A DNA stretch of 16,005 bases from Thermotogota bacterium (lineage in GTDB: Bacteria > Bipolaricaulota > Bipolaricaulia > UBA7950 > UBA9294). The stretch is from contig JBDKUT010000114.1 in the NCBI GenBank assembly GCA_039679545.1, positions 1 through 16,005 on the forward strand, in the 5' to 3' direction. The stretch's first letter is position 1; every line of letters starts with the position of its first letter. This document shows positions 1 to 6,806 of the stretch, one piece after another. The notes beneath the pieces are model-generated. The model was given only the letters and a program-made list of their open reading frames with translations, did no database searches and was not told where the DNA came from. The position numbers and the translations under genes were made by a program.

Positions 1-233
1 ATCTCGTCACCCGTGAAGTAGCCAGCGGCTTCCAACTCCCTGATGGCACTTGTGACCAGTCTCCTGTCATCTGTAGAGATTGCTCCGAGATCAGCGATGC
101 TCACGACCGATTCGCTGGGCAAGCTTAGGAGATACACAAGCAATCCCTTCGCCCGGAATGAGAGTCGAGGGTCAATCAACGGAGCTCTGTCGAGCGAAAG
201 CCACAGGTTTGAAGTACGCCTGATTCTTATCAT
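1..233 (-). CDS. Partial (3'-truncated at window edge) winged-HTH protein resembling the N-terminus of phage/plasmid replication initiators
   Basis: Hand translation from ATG at 233: MIRIRRTSNLWLSLDRAPLIDPRLSFRAKGLLVYLLSLPSESVVSIADLGAISTDDRRLVTSAIRELEAAGYFTGDE, open to the edge. DxRLSxxAKGLLxYLLS...RELExAGY is typical of this family. GC of 1-240 counted as 127/240 (53%). Confidence 0.75.
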   Translation of the reverse strand, partial: MIRIRRTSNLWLSLDRAPLIDPRLSFRAKGLLVYLLSLPSESVVSIADLGAISTDDRRLVTSAIRELEAAGYFTGDE

Positions 234-373
234 CGTTGTAATTGAAGCCCCCAGGTGCAGTCACTCAGGTTACTTGCGGCGCCCGGCTTGGGGCAACTGC
301 CATCGACGAACCTCGCCAACATCACAGCATCGCCTCGTCCTGGAGCCTAGACTATCCGCCTTCCACGTGGGGT

Positions 374-1345
374 CTAGCTCACGTGGATCTCGATGATATC
401 GCCGTCGGCGAGTCGGTGGTCGGAGGGGACCTGCTGGCCGTCGAAGCGCCCTGATCCCCAGACCCGCACGTACTTCAGATGTTCCGCCAGATCGCGGTGC
501 ACGGTGCGTACCGCGTCGAGCACGGTGGCTCCCACAGGGAGCGTGTACGGCTCCTCAAGGTCGGGCTTCTTCCCCGGCAGCTTGGTGTACACGCGACGCA
601 CATGGAGCGCGTCGAAGAGCATCCGCCGGAAGTCGTCGAGCCCCTCTCCGGAGACGACCGACGTCACAACCCCGGGAAACGGCAGCTCCGCGAGGAACTC
701 GGCCGCGTCCGGCAGGGTGTCGGCCTTGGTGAGCGCGATCCGCGCCGGAAGGATCCGAACGCGCTCCTCGCCCGCGGCCGCCGCCGTCGCGAGCTCGAGG
801 TGCCGCTCCGAGAGCATGCGCCGTAGGTCCCCGAGGTACTCGTCGAGAAGGTCGATCTCGTCGAGCGGCAGGACGAGGACGACGATGTCGGCCGCTCGGA
901 TGAGGTTGTAGACCCACGGTTCGGTGTACTCGTCCGACAAGGGGGGAAGGTCCACCAGCTGAATCCCCACGTCCTCGAACTTCATCATGCCGGGGACCGG
1001 GATCAGTGTTGAGAACGGGTACTCGGCCACCTCCGGCTTCGCGTTCGTGAGCGCCGCGACGAGGCTCGACTTCCCGCTGTTCGGGACTCCGACCAGGACC
1101 GCTTGCCCCGCGCCCTCTTTCGGGATGTGGTCGTACCCGGAGCTGTGCCCCTTCTTGGCGCGGATGTCGGCGTCGCGGAAGCGGGCGATCTTTCGCTTGA
1201 TGTCGGCCCGCATCTTCTCGGTCCCCTTGTGCTTGGGGATCGTCGACTGCATGTCCTCGAGCGCGGCCAGCTTCTCCTCGGTCGTGGTCGCCTTGAAGAA
1301 GCGCTCGCGCGCCTTGATGAACTCGGGGGTCAGGTTCGCCGGCAT
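374..1345 (-). CDS. OBG-superfamily DRG-like GTPase with C-terminal TGS domain
   Basis: Start MPANLTPEF with GGAGG upstream; PKHKGTEK N-terminal motif; G1 GVPNSGKS, G2 YPFST, G3 DLPP, G4 TKAD; TGS-like tail ending HRLADGDIIEIH. Confidence 0.9.
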   Translation of the reverse strand: MPANLTPEFIKARERFFKATTTEEKLAALEDMQSTIPKHKGTEKMRADIKRKIARFRDADIRAKKGHSSGYDHIPKEGAGQAVLVGVPNSGKSSLVAALTNAKPEVAEYPFSTLIPVPGMMKFEDVGIQLVDLPPLSDEYTEPWVYNLIRAADIVVLVLPLDEIDLLDEYLGDLRRMLSERHLELATAAAAGEERVRILPARIALTKADTLPDAAEFLAELPFPGVVTSVVSGEGLDDFRRMLFDALHVRRVYTKLPGKKPDLEEPYTLPVGATVLDAVRTVHRDLAEHLKYVRVWGSGRFDGQQVPSDHRLADGDIIEIHVS

Positions 1346-1403
1346 CGTCCGTGTCTCCTCCGGTCTAGGGTAAGCGCGGGGACACCGAGCTTCAACGGAC
1401 CGG

Positions 1404-2891
1404 CTACTCGTTGTGCGGGATCGAGATCGTGCTCCCGCCGATGAACTCGCGCACGACGGCGTCACCCGGAATGAGCGACAGGTCGCGCGCCTGCGCGAGC
1501 GTCAATCCCTGCACCGAGTCGAGCAGGTGCGTCACGCGCCGGTGGCGGATCTGCGCGTCGAGGAAGGACGGGTAGGCCTTCAGGTCGCCGACCGTCGGCC
1601 AGATCCCGTCGTCGCCAAGGAAGAACGGCTTCAGCGCCGGCAGGTCGAACGGCATCCCGCCGTTCAGCGCGCAATCGGCCATCCCCTTGAGCGGGATGAT
1701 CGAGAAGAGCTCGCCCGCCCGGACGTAGTGCCAGTGCAGGAGCGTCGCGAGCGGCGGGTGATTGCGGTGGTTCACGTCGCGCAGCATCCGGCGAAGGAGC
1801 CGCACGTCCTCGAACCGTGTGAGTCGCCGGTCGCTGCGGTCGCCGTGGTAGAGGGGCATCATCGGGTTCGGCTCGTAGAGCGGGTTCATCGCCTCGATGT
1901 AGACGCGGAAGATGACCTTCGGATCGATCCCCGCAGTGATCGGCGGGTAGAACCCGTGCAGGCAGTCGAGGAGAAGGATCTGGTCCCGCTCCCGGCGGAC
2001 CGGTTTGAGCGCCGAGCGACGCCCCTCCTTGAAGCTGTACACCGGCTTCTCGATGACCTTCCCTTCGAGCAGCGCGCGCAGGTGCTCGTTCATCAGCTGG
2101 ATGTCGAGCGCCTCGGGGGTCTCGAAGTTCCGGTCGTCGATCCAGTCCGTGGGGTGCTCGATGAGCGACCAGAAGTAGTCGTCGAGGTTCAGCATGAGGA
2201 ACCGCAGTCCGGCCTTCTCGAGCCGCTGGGTGAGCTTCACCGTGGTCGTCGTCTTCCCCGACGACGACGGCCCGCTGACCCAGATCATCTTGAGGTCGTC
2301 GCCCTTCTCGATTCGGGCCACCACCTTCTTCGCGGCGTCGTCGAGCGACGCCTCGTAGCGCTCGAGCGAATCCGAAACAAGCCGCGCGAGCCGTCCGCCG
2401 CGGACGATGTCGTTTAACCCCTCAACGGTGTCGCAGTCGTGCTCGCGGTTCCACGCGACCCACGGCTCCATCTGCTCAGGCGGATACCCGTTGCGAACGA
2501 ACTGCTTCTCGGTGATCGCTCCTTCACGCACCCAGTGGTGGCCCCAGCGGAAGCATGTATACGTGTCGGCGACCTTGGTGAAGCCGTTGCTGCCGAGTAC
2601 GTGGAGGACGACGTTCTGGATCTCTTCGACCGTCGGCGGGAAGTTCGACACGTGGTGGCGCTCGTCGGCATTGAGGCAGACGACAACAAGGTCGGAAAGA
2701 AACTGGGCAATCCCCTCGTCCGTCTCCCCGGCGGCGAAGATGCGGTCGTTGATCCCCGGCAGGTAGTCTTGCTCGAAGCCCCCGACCGACGTCGAGGCGC
2801 GGAGGATCACGCGGACGATGCGATCCTGATCGAAAGCGACGAGCGCGTGGTTCCGCTTGCGGATCTTGCCGATCTTGTTGACGACGGCCAT
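1404..2891 (-). CDS. ATP-cone domain fused to uridine kinase/PRK-family P-loop kinase
   Basis: N-terminal KIRKRNHALVAFDQDRI...PTVEEIQNVVLHVL (ATP-cone pattern); Walker A SGPSSSGKTT; LDDYF, NFETPEALD, YSFKEGRR and RLLRRMLRD match uridine-kinase-family motifs. Confidence 0.85.
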   Translation of the reverse strand: MAVVNKIGKIRKRNHALVAFDQDRIVRVILRASTSVGGFEQDYLPGINDRIFAAGETDEGIAQFLSDLVVVCLNADERHHVSNFPPTVEEIQNVVLHVLGSNGFTKVADTYTCFRWGHHWVREGAITEKQFVRNGYPPEQMEPWVAWNREHDCDTVEGLNDIVRGGRLARLVSDSLERYEASLDDAAKKVVARIEKGDDLKMIWVSGPSSSGKTTTTVKLTQRLEKAGLRFLMLNLDDYFWSLIEHPTDWIDDRNFETPEALDIQLMNEHLRALLEGKVIEKPVYSFKEGRRSALKPVRRERDQILLLDCLHGFYPPITAGIDPKVIFRVYIEAMNPLYEPNPMMPLYHGDRSDRRLTRFEDVRLLRRMLRDVNHRNHPPLATLLHWHYVRAGELFSIIPLKGMADCALNGGMPFDLPALKPFFLGDDGIWPTVGDLKAYPSFLDAQIRHRRVTHLLDSVQGLTLAQARDLSLIPGDAVVREFIGGSTISIPHNE

Positions 2892-2900
2892 GGCGTCGCC

Positions 2901-2929
2901 ATTATACCGGCGATCGGCTTCCGATCGAA
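2901..2929 (-). promoter_or_regulatory. sigma70-type promoter of the ATP-cone kinase, near-leaderless
   Basis: TTCGAT-N17-TATAAT on the minus strand; -10 box lies 9 nt before the ATG, no SD; perfect dyad CGATCGG-AAG-CCGATCG (2911-2927) overlaps the -35 and spacer. Confidence 0.65.
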
Positions 2930-2972
2930 GATGCCGCGCTCTCCCTCGCCGGAGTGCGAGACACGGACGCCG

Positions 2973-3350
2973 CTAGAGGACACCCGAAATGAGGAAAAGG
3001 GCTCCCACCGCGGCCTCGATCCATGGGCACAGGCGCATCGGCAGCGACTTCGTCCGCGCCTTGGTGAATGCGCCGAGAATCGCGCTCGCGAAGAGCAACC
3101 CGACGCAGGCATTGACCAGGATCGTCTCGAGCCTCCCGCCGAACGAGCCGTAGTAGGTCACGAGCCCCACCAGCGCCCCGACAAAGAGAAGCGTCATCCC
3201 CTCGAAGATCCACGTGGCGACCACGATGAGGCGGTTGTCTTTCGAAGTCTCCCCGAATCCACGGACGATCGACCGCACCGGCACAAGATGGGCAATCCCC
3301 CACACGAGAAGCACAAGACACCCGGCGACCCGCAGGATGAGCGGCAGCAT
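2973..3350 (-). CDS. Hypothetical integral membrane protein (about 4 TM helices)
   Basis: AAGGAGG directly upstream of ATG 3350 (MLPLILRVAG...); four hydrophobic segments. Confidence 0.75.
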   Translation of the reverse strand: MLPLILRVAGCLVLLVWGIAHLVPVRSIVRGFGETSKDNRLIVVATWIFEGMTLLFVGALVGLVTYYGSFGGRLETILVNACVGLLFASAILGAFTKARTKSLPMRLCPWIEAAVGALFLISGVL

Positions 3351-3413
3351 AGGCCTCCTTCCGACAGCGTTCACGACGCCGACGCTCTCCACCCTACAGG
3401 ATCGAGACGGGCG

Positions 3414-3451
3414 AAAAGAAAACGGGCGGGCGCCCCAAGGCGTACGCCCGT
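3414..3451 (-). terminator. Intrinsic terminator downstream of the deoxynucleoside kinase
   Basis: Minus strand ACGGGCG-TA-CGCC-TTGG-GGCG-CC-CGCCCGT followed by TTTCTTTT. Confidence 0.75.
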
Positions 3452-3479
3452 CCCGCCTCTCCAGATCGCTCGATGGCCT

Positions 3480-4145
3480 CTACTCCACGCGCGTCCCGAC
3501 GGACGCCCTTCGCCCTCCAAGCGGGACTCCCGCCGACCTCAAGATGTCGTAGATCTCCTCTGCCTGCCACTGCCGGCAGCCGTCGAGGATCACGGCCCTC
3601 GGGTTCTCGAGCAGCCATTCGTCGTGCAGCGCCTCGAGGTCCCTCAAGTACTCGAGCGGAATCGCCGTCTCCTCGTTTCGCCCGCGGCACGTGATCCGAT
3701 CGTGGCAGACGTCGGCCGGAGTGCGCAGGTAGACGATCTTGTCCGGTTCGGCGCACCAGTTCTTCTGCAGCCAGTCCCACAGCTTGCAGTACAGCTGCCA
3801 CTCTGTCTTCGACATGAGCCCCGTCTGGAAGCAGTTCTTGGCGAAGACGTAGCGGTCGCAGTAGATCGAACGCTCGAGAACCACATCCGAGTGATCGGTC
3901 ATCGCGAGAACCTCCGTCCACGTCTTGGCTCGCGTTGTGAACGCCGCGAGCTGGAACGTGAACGCCCACCGATGGCCGTCCCGATAGAATAGGTCGAGAA
4001 GGTTCTCGTCGAACTCCTGCTGCCAGGCGCCGACCGGCTCCTCGATGAACCCGAACAAACCCGATTCCGCCAGTCTTCGCCCCACCGTGCTCTTGCCCGC
4101 TGCGATGTTGCCTTCGAAGAGAATCATGGTTTGCTGCTCCCGCAC
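3480..4145 (-). CDS. Deoxynucleoside kinase (dAK/dCK/dGK family)
   Basis: EGNIAAGKST P-loop, EEPV..W, FYRD..RWAFTFQL, ERSIYCDRYVF, RGRNEE lid, YLRDL...HDEW. Start is GTG 4145 (AAGGGGGG upstream) or ATG 4127. Confidence 0.93.
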   Translation of the reverse strand: MREQQTMILFEGNIAAGKSTVGRRLAESGLFGFIEEPVGAWQQEFDENLLDLFYRDGHRWAFTFQLAAFTTRAKTWTEVLAMTDHSDVVLERSIYCDRYVFAKNCFQTGLMSKTEWQLYCKLWDWLQKNWCAEPDKIVYLRTPADVCHDRITCRGRNEETAIPLEYLRDLEALHDEWLLENPRAVILDGCRQWQAEEIYDILRSAGVPLGGRRASVGTRVE

Positions 4146-4251
4146 ACGCCCCCCCTTGTGGACGAACCCTTCCTCGTTCACCCGAATGGCCCGGAACTTC
4201 CCCTCGCGCGCGGTGGCGGGATCCCCTCGTAGATCTCCCACCCGTGCGACC

Positions 4252-4280
4252 ATCCTACACCTCCCGGCTTCCGGGTCGAA
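4252..4280 (-). promoter_or_regulatory. Putative sigma70 promoter of the deoxynucleoside kinase
   Basis: TTCGAC-N17-TAGGAT, with dyad CCCGG-AAG-CCGGG next to the -35. Confidence 0.45.
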
Positions 4281-4494
4281 AACCGCGCATCCCCCGCGGA
4301 GCCAGGCGAATCCGGCATCGCGAGGCCGTTCCCGGAACGTCCCGCGACGAGAGCCGACAGATGTCCCAGGTGAGCGGTGTCTCGCCACGATCTCGGACTC
4401 CCGCAGCCGTGAGACAACACGCGCGCGTCCCAGATGCGCCTCGCCAACCACCGTCCTACAATCCGCCCAACTCAGGAACTAGAAGAAGGACCTC

Positions 4495-5577
4495 GTGAAC
4501 ACGAACCAAAGAGAGGGCGACCCCGCTTTCGACGCTTCCATTCTCGACGTACTGCGCACCGGCATCCGAATCACCCGCGGCAACCCGCGCCTCGCGCTGC
4601 GCGGAGTCCGTCTGCTCCGAAGCCAGCAGCGAGCCGCCCGATGCCGCAACCAACAAGAAACCCTCGGGCTTCACGTGCCTCCGTTCGTGATCTTCAGCGT
4701 CACAGGAGCCTGCAACCTCACCTGCGCCGGCTGCTACGCAAGCATCCTCCACCGCGCCGCTCGCCCGGAGATGGCCGACAAGCGAGTAGGATCTCTCTTT
4801 CGCGAGGCGCGAGACCTCGGCGTCTCCGTGATGCTCCTCGCCGGGGGAGAGCCGCTCCTGCGTCGTGAGCTGCTCGCCGACGTGCTGGCTGTACCCGAGA
4901 TCCTCTTCCTGCTCTTCACGAATGGCTCGCTACTCGACGACGCCGTCATCCGTACGCTGCGCGGCGCCTCCCACGTCATCCCTGTCCTGAGCGTCGAGGG
5001 CGGTGAGGAAGAAACCGACGCGCGCCGGGGCGCGGGAGCGTACGAGCGCGTCACGGCGGCCATGGCGAAGCTTCACGCCCGCCACATCGTCTTCGGAACC
5101 TCGACGACGCTCACGAGCGCCAACTTCGAAACGGCAACCAGCGAAGCATACGTGCGCGGCCTCGCCCACCGCGGCTGTCGGCTCTTCTACTACATCAACT
5201 ACGTCCCCGTCGAGCCGGGCACCGACAACCTCCAGCTCACACCGGACCAGGTCGCCGAGCTCGGGCGCCGGCTCACGCGGTATCGCCGGACCATGCCCGC
5301 CCTGTTCATCGCCTTCCCGAACGACGAGCTTGCCTTCGGCGGCTGCCTTGCTGCGGGAAAGGGGTTCCTCCACATCAACGCCTACGGCGACGTCGAGCCG
5401 TGCCCGTTCTCTCCCTACTCCGACTCGAACCTCCTTGCGGTCTCGTTCCGAGACGCCCTCGCATCCCCTCTTTTCCGCAAGATCCGCGCCGAGGAGATCA
5501 CGTTGGACGAGACGGACGGACGCTGCGCGCTGTGGAAGCGTCGGGAATGGGTCAAGGGACTCGTCGAGAAGCGCTGA
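4495..5577 (+). CDS. Radical SAM protein with C-terminal Twitch/SPASM-like domain
   Basis: CNLTCAGC (CxxxCxxC), GGEP, FTNG, SVEG...DARRG; GCLAAGKGFLHINAYGDVEPCPF...GRC; AAGGA before GTG start. Confidence 0.92.
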   Translation: MNTNQREGDPAFDASILDVLRTGIRITRGNPRLALRGVRLLRSQQRAARCRNQQETLGLHVPPFVIFSVTGACNLTCAGCYASILHRAARPEMADKRVGSLFREARDLGVSVMLLAGGEPLLRRELLADVLAVPEILFLLFTNGSLLDDAVIRTLRGASHVIPVLSVEGGEEETDARRGAGAYERVTAAMAKLHARHIVFGTSTTLTSANFETATSEAYVRGLAHRGCRLFYYINYVPVEPGTDNLQLTPDQVAELGRRLTRYRRTMPALFIAFPNDELAFGGCLAAGKGFLHINAYGDVEPCPFSPYSDSNLLAVSFRDALASPLFRKIRAEEITLDETDGRCALWKRREWVKGLVEKR

Positions 5578-5587
5578 ATTCAGAGTG

Positions 5588-5859
5588 CGCCTGTGCGTGG
5601 CTCCATCGAAGAGAGGCAAGAAGCGCTTCGCGAGTAGACAGCTCGGGCCAAGTAGACCTCTAACACCCGCAGAGGCCAGCTTACCGCTGCTCCCTTCCGG
5701 GCCTGACGGGGTTCGCCGACATGCGCCGCAGAGGGCTCGACCGTCAACGCCACTTGCTCGTGGACGGACCCTCCCGCCTTTCCCCTCCGGAAACCCTTCG
5801 GTTCCACTAGAGCGGGTTCTGGATGTAGGGGACCGCTAGCCCCCCACCTAGCACAGGCG
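5588..5859 (-). ncRNA. ffs: Signal recognition particle RNA, large bacterial type with Alu domain (about 272 nt)
   Basis: Helix-8 signature GAACCCCGTCAGGCCCGGAAGGGAGCAGCGGTAAGC (about 5679-5714); termini CGCCTGTGC / GCACAGGCG form a perfect 9-bp helix; complementary AGCGG / CCGCT in the 5' region fit the Alu loop-loop pseudoknot. Confidence 0.93.
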
Positions 5860-5860
5860 T

Positions 5861-5951
5861 TGGCGGAGGGGGCGGGATTTGAACCCGCGGTACCCACGAG
5901 GAGTACACCGGTTCTCCAAACCGGCGGCTTCGGCCGCTCACCCACCCCTCC
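5861..5951 (-). tRNA. tRNA-Ser(GGA), encoded CCA, long variable arm
   Basis: Acceptor GGAGGGG/CCCCTCC-G-CCA; anticodon arm CCGGT-TTGGAGA-ACCGG; variable arm GTAC...GTAC; T arm GCGGG-TTCAAAT-CCCGC. Confidence 0.97.
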
Positions 5952-5960
5952 GACTCGGTC

Positions 5961-5989
5961 ATTCTAGGGATGCAGGAAGGGGACTTCAA
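5961..5989 (-). promoter_or_regulatory. sigma70 promoter of the tRNA-Ser/SRP RNA transcript
   Basis: TTGAAG-N17-TAGAAT, ending 9 nt before the tRNA 5' end. Confidence 0.8.
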
Positions 5990-6034
5990 CCGCGAGCGGG
6001 CCTGGCTGCGCAAATCCCGCGTGGCGGCGAGTGC

Positions 6035-6063
6035 TTGATCTCGCCGTGCACGCCCACTAGGCT
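6035..6063 (+). promoter_or_regulatory. Putative sigma70 promoter of the Cas4-like nuclease
   Basis: TTGATC-N17-TAGGCT; AGGAGGT at 6080-6086 before ATG 6090. Confidence 0.6.
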
Positions 6064-6089
6064 CTAGCAAGCGCGAAGCAGGAGGTCCC

Positions 6090-6743
6090 ATGGCCGTTCG
6101 AAGAACCGATCCGTACATCTGGGTCACGTGGCTCACGAAGCTCCTCGCTGGCGAGAGTCAGTGCGAGTGGGCGGCGTGGTTCCGCGCCCACCACTCGGAC
6201 TACGACCGCCTGCCGAGCGACTTCGACCTCGCCGCCTGGACCGTCGAACACAACGAACTCGTCCAGCTTCGTCGCGAGCAGCTTCTCGACGAGGGGTGGC
6301 AGGTCTACGTCGAGGACGAGAATGCGTTCAAGCGAATCGGCAAGACGGGGATCGTCGTGTCCGGAAAGCCCGACATCCTCTCGCTCCGCGATGGCAAAGC
6401 CATCATCGAGGACTGCAAGACCGGGCGGCCGCGCACCTCGGACCAGCTGCAGGTTCTCGTGTACATGCTCCTGCTTCCCATCGGCAATCCCCGATGCACG
6501 GGAGTGAAGCTCTCCGGACGCGTCACGTATCGATCCGGTGCGATGGACATCCCGCTGACCTCGCTCGATGCCGTATTCCGCGCCAAGTTCGTCGAACTGG
6601 TGCAGCGCATCGGCGGAGAGAAGCCGCTCCCGAAGAACCCCGTCTGGTCGGAGTGCCACTGGTGCGACATCGGACCGGCCGACTGTCTGTACCGCGTCGA
6701 CCAGCCGCCCGAGTCCGCCGAGGCTCAGACGGACCTGTTCTGA
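6090..6743 (+). CDS. Solo Cas4-like / RecB-family PD-(D/E)xK nuclease with four putative Fe-S cysteines
   Basis: GKPD95, D108-C-K110, Q121xxxY125; Cys25 plus C189xxC192...C199; His54. Confidence 0.88.
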   Translation: MAVRRTDPYIWVTWLTKLLAGESQCEWAAWFRAHHSDYDRLPSDFDLAAWTVEHNELVQLRREQLLDEGWQVYVEDENAFKRIGKTGIVVSGKPDILSLRDGKAIIEDCKTGRPRTSDQLQVLVYMLLLPIGNPRCTGVKLSGRVTYRSGAMDIPLTSLDAVFRAKFVELVQRIGGEKPLPKNPVWSECHWCDIGPADCLYRVDQPPESAEAQTDLF

Positions 6744-6763
6744 GCGAGCAGTCCCGTTCCCGG

Positions 6764-6792
6764 TTGACATACGCCCGGCAACGCCGTAGCCT
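6764..6792 (+). promoter_or_regulatory. sigma70 promoter of the Rrf2 gene
   Basis: Consensus TTGACA-N17-TAGCCT; ATG 14 nt after the -10 box, no SD. Confidence 0.7.
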
Positions 6793-6806
6793 CTTCCCAA
6801 ATTCGG

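Noticed and set aside
43..396. 117-aa plus-strand ORF
   Set aside because: No motifs; the opposite strand encodes a recognisable HTH protein.
2439..3992. Long antisense/alternate-frame ORFs (for example 517 aa here, 417 aa at 6057-7310, 394 aa at 7320-8504, 364 aa at 14175-15269)
   Set aside because: Shadow ORFs of GC-rich genes, without recognisable motifs.
5580..5945. 121-aa minus-strand ORF
   Set aside because: Lies over the tRNA and SRP RNA; spurious.
5861..5951. tRNA-Ser as an integration site for an island
   Set aside because: No integrase and no duplicated tRNA 3' end seen in the window; the 3' flank is the SRP RNA.
6090..6743. CRISPR-Cas locus
   Set aside because: No repeat-spacer array and no other cas genes in the window.
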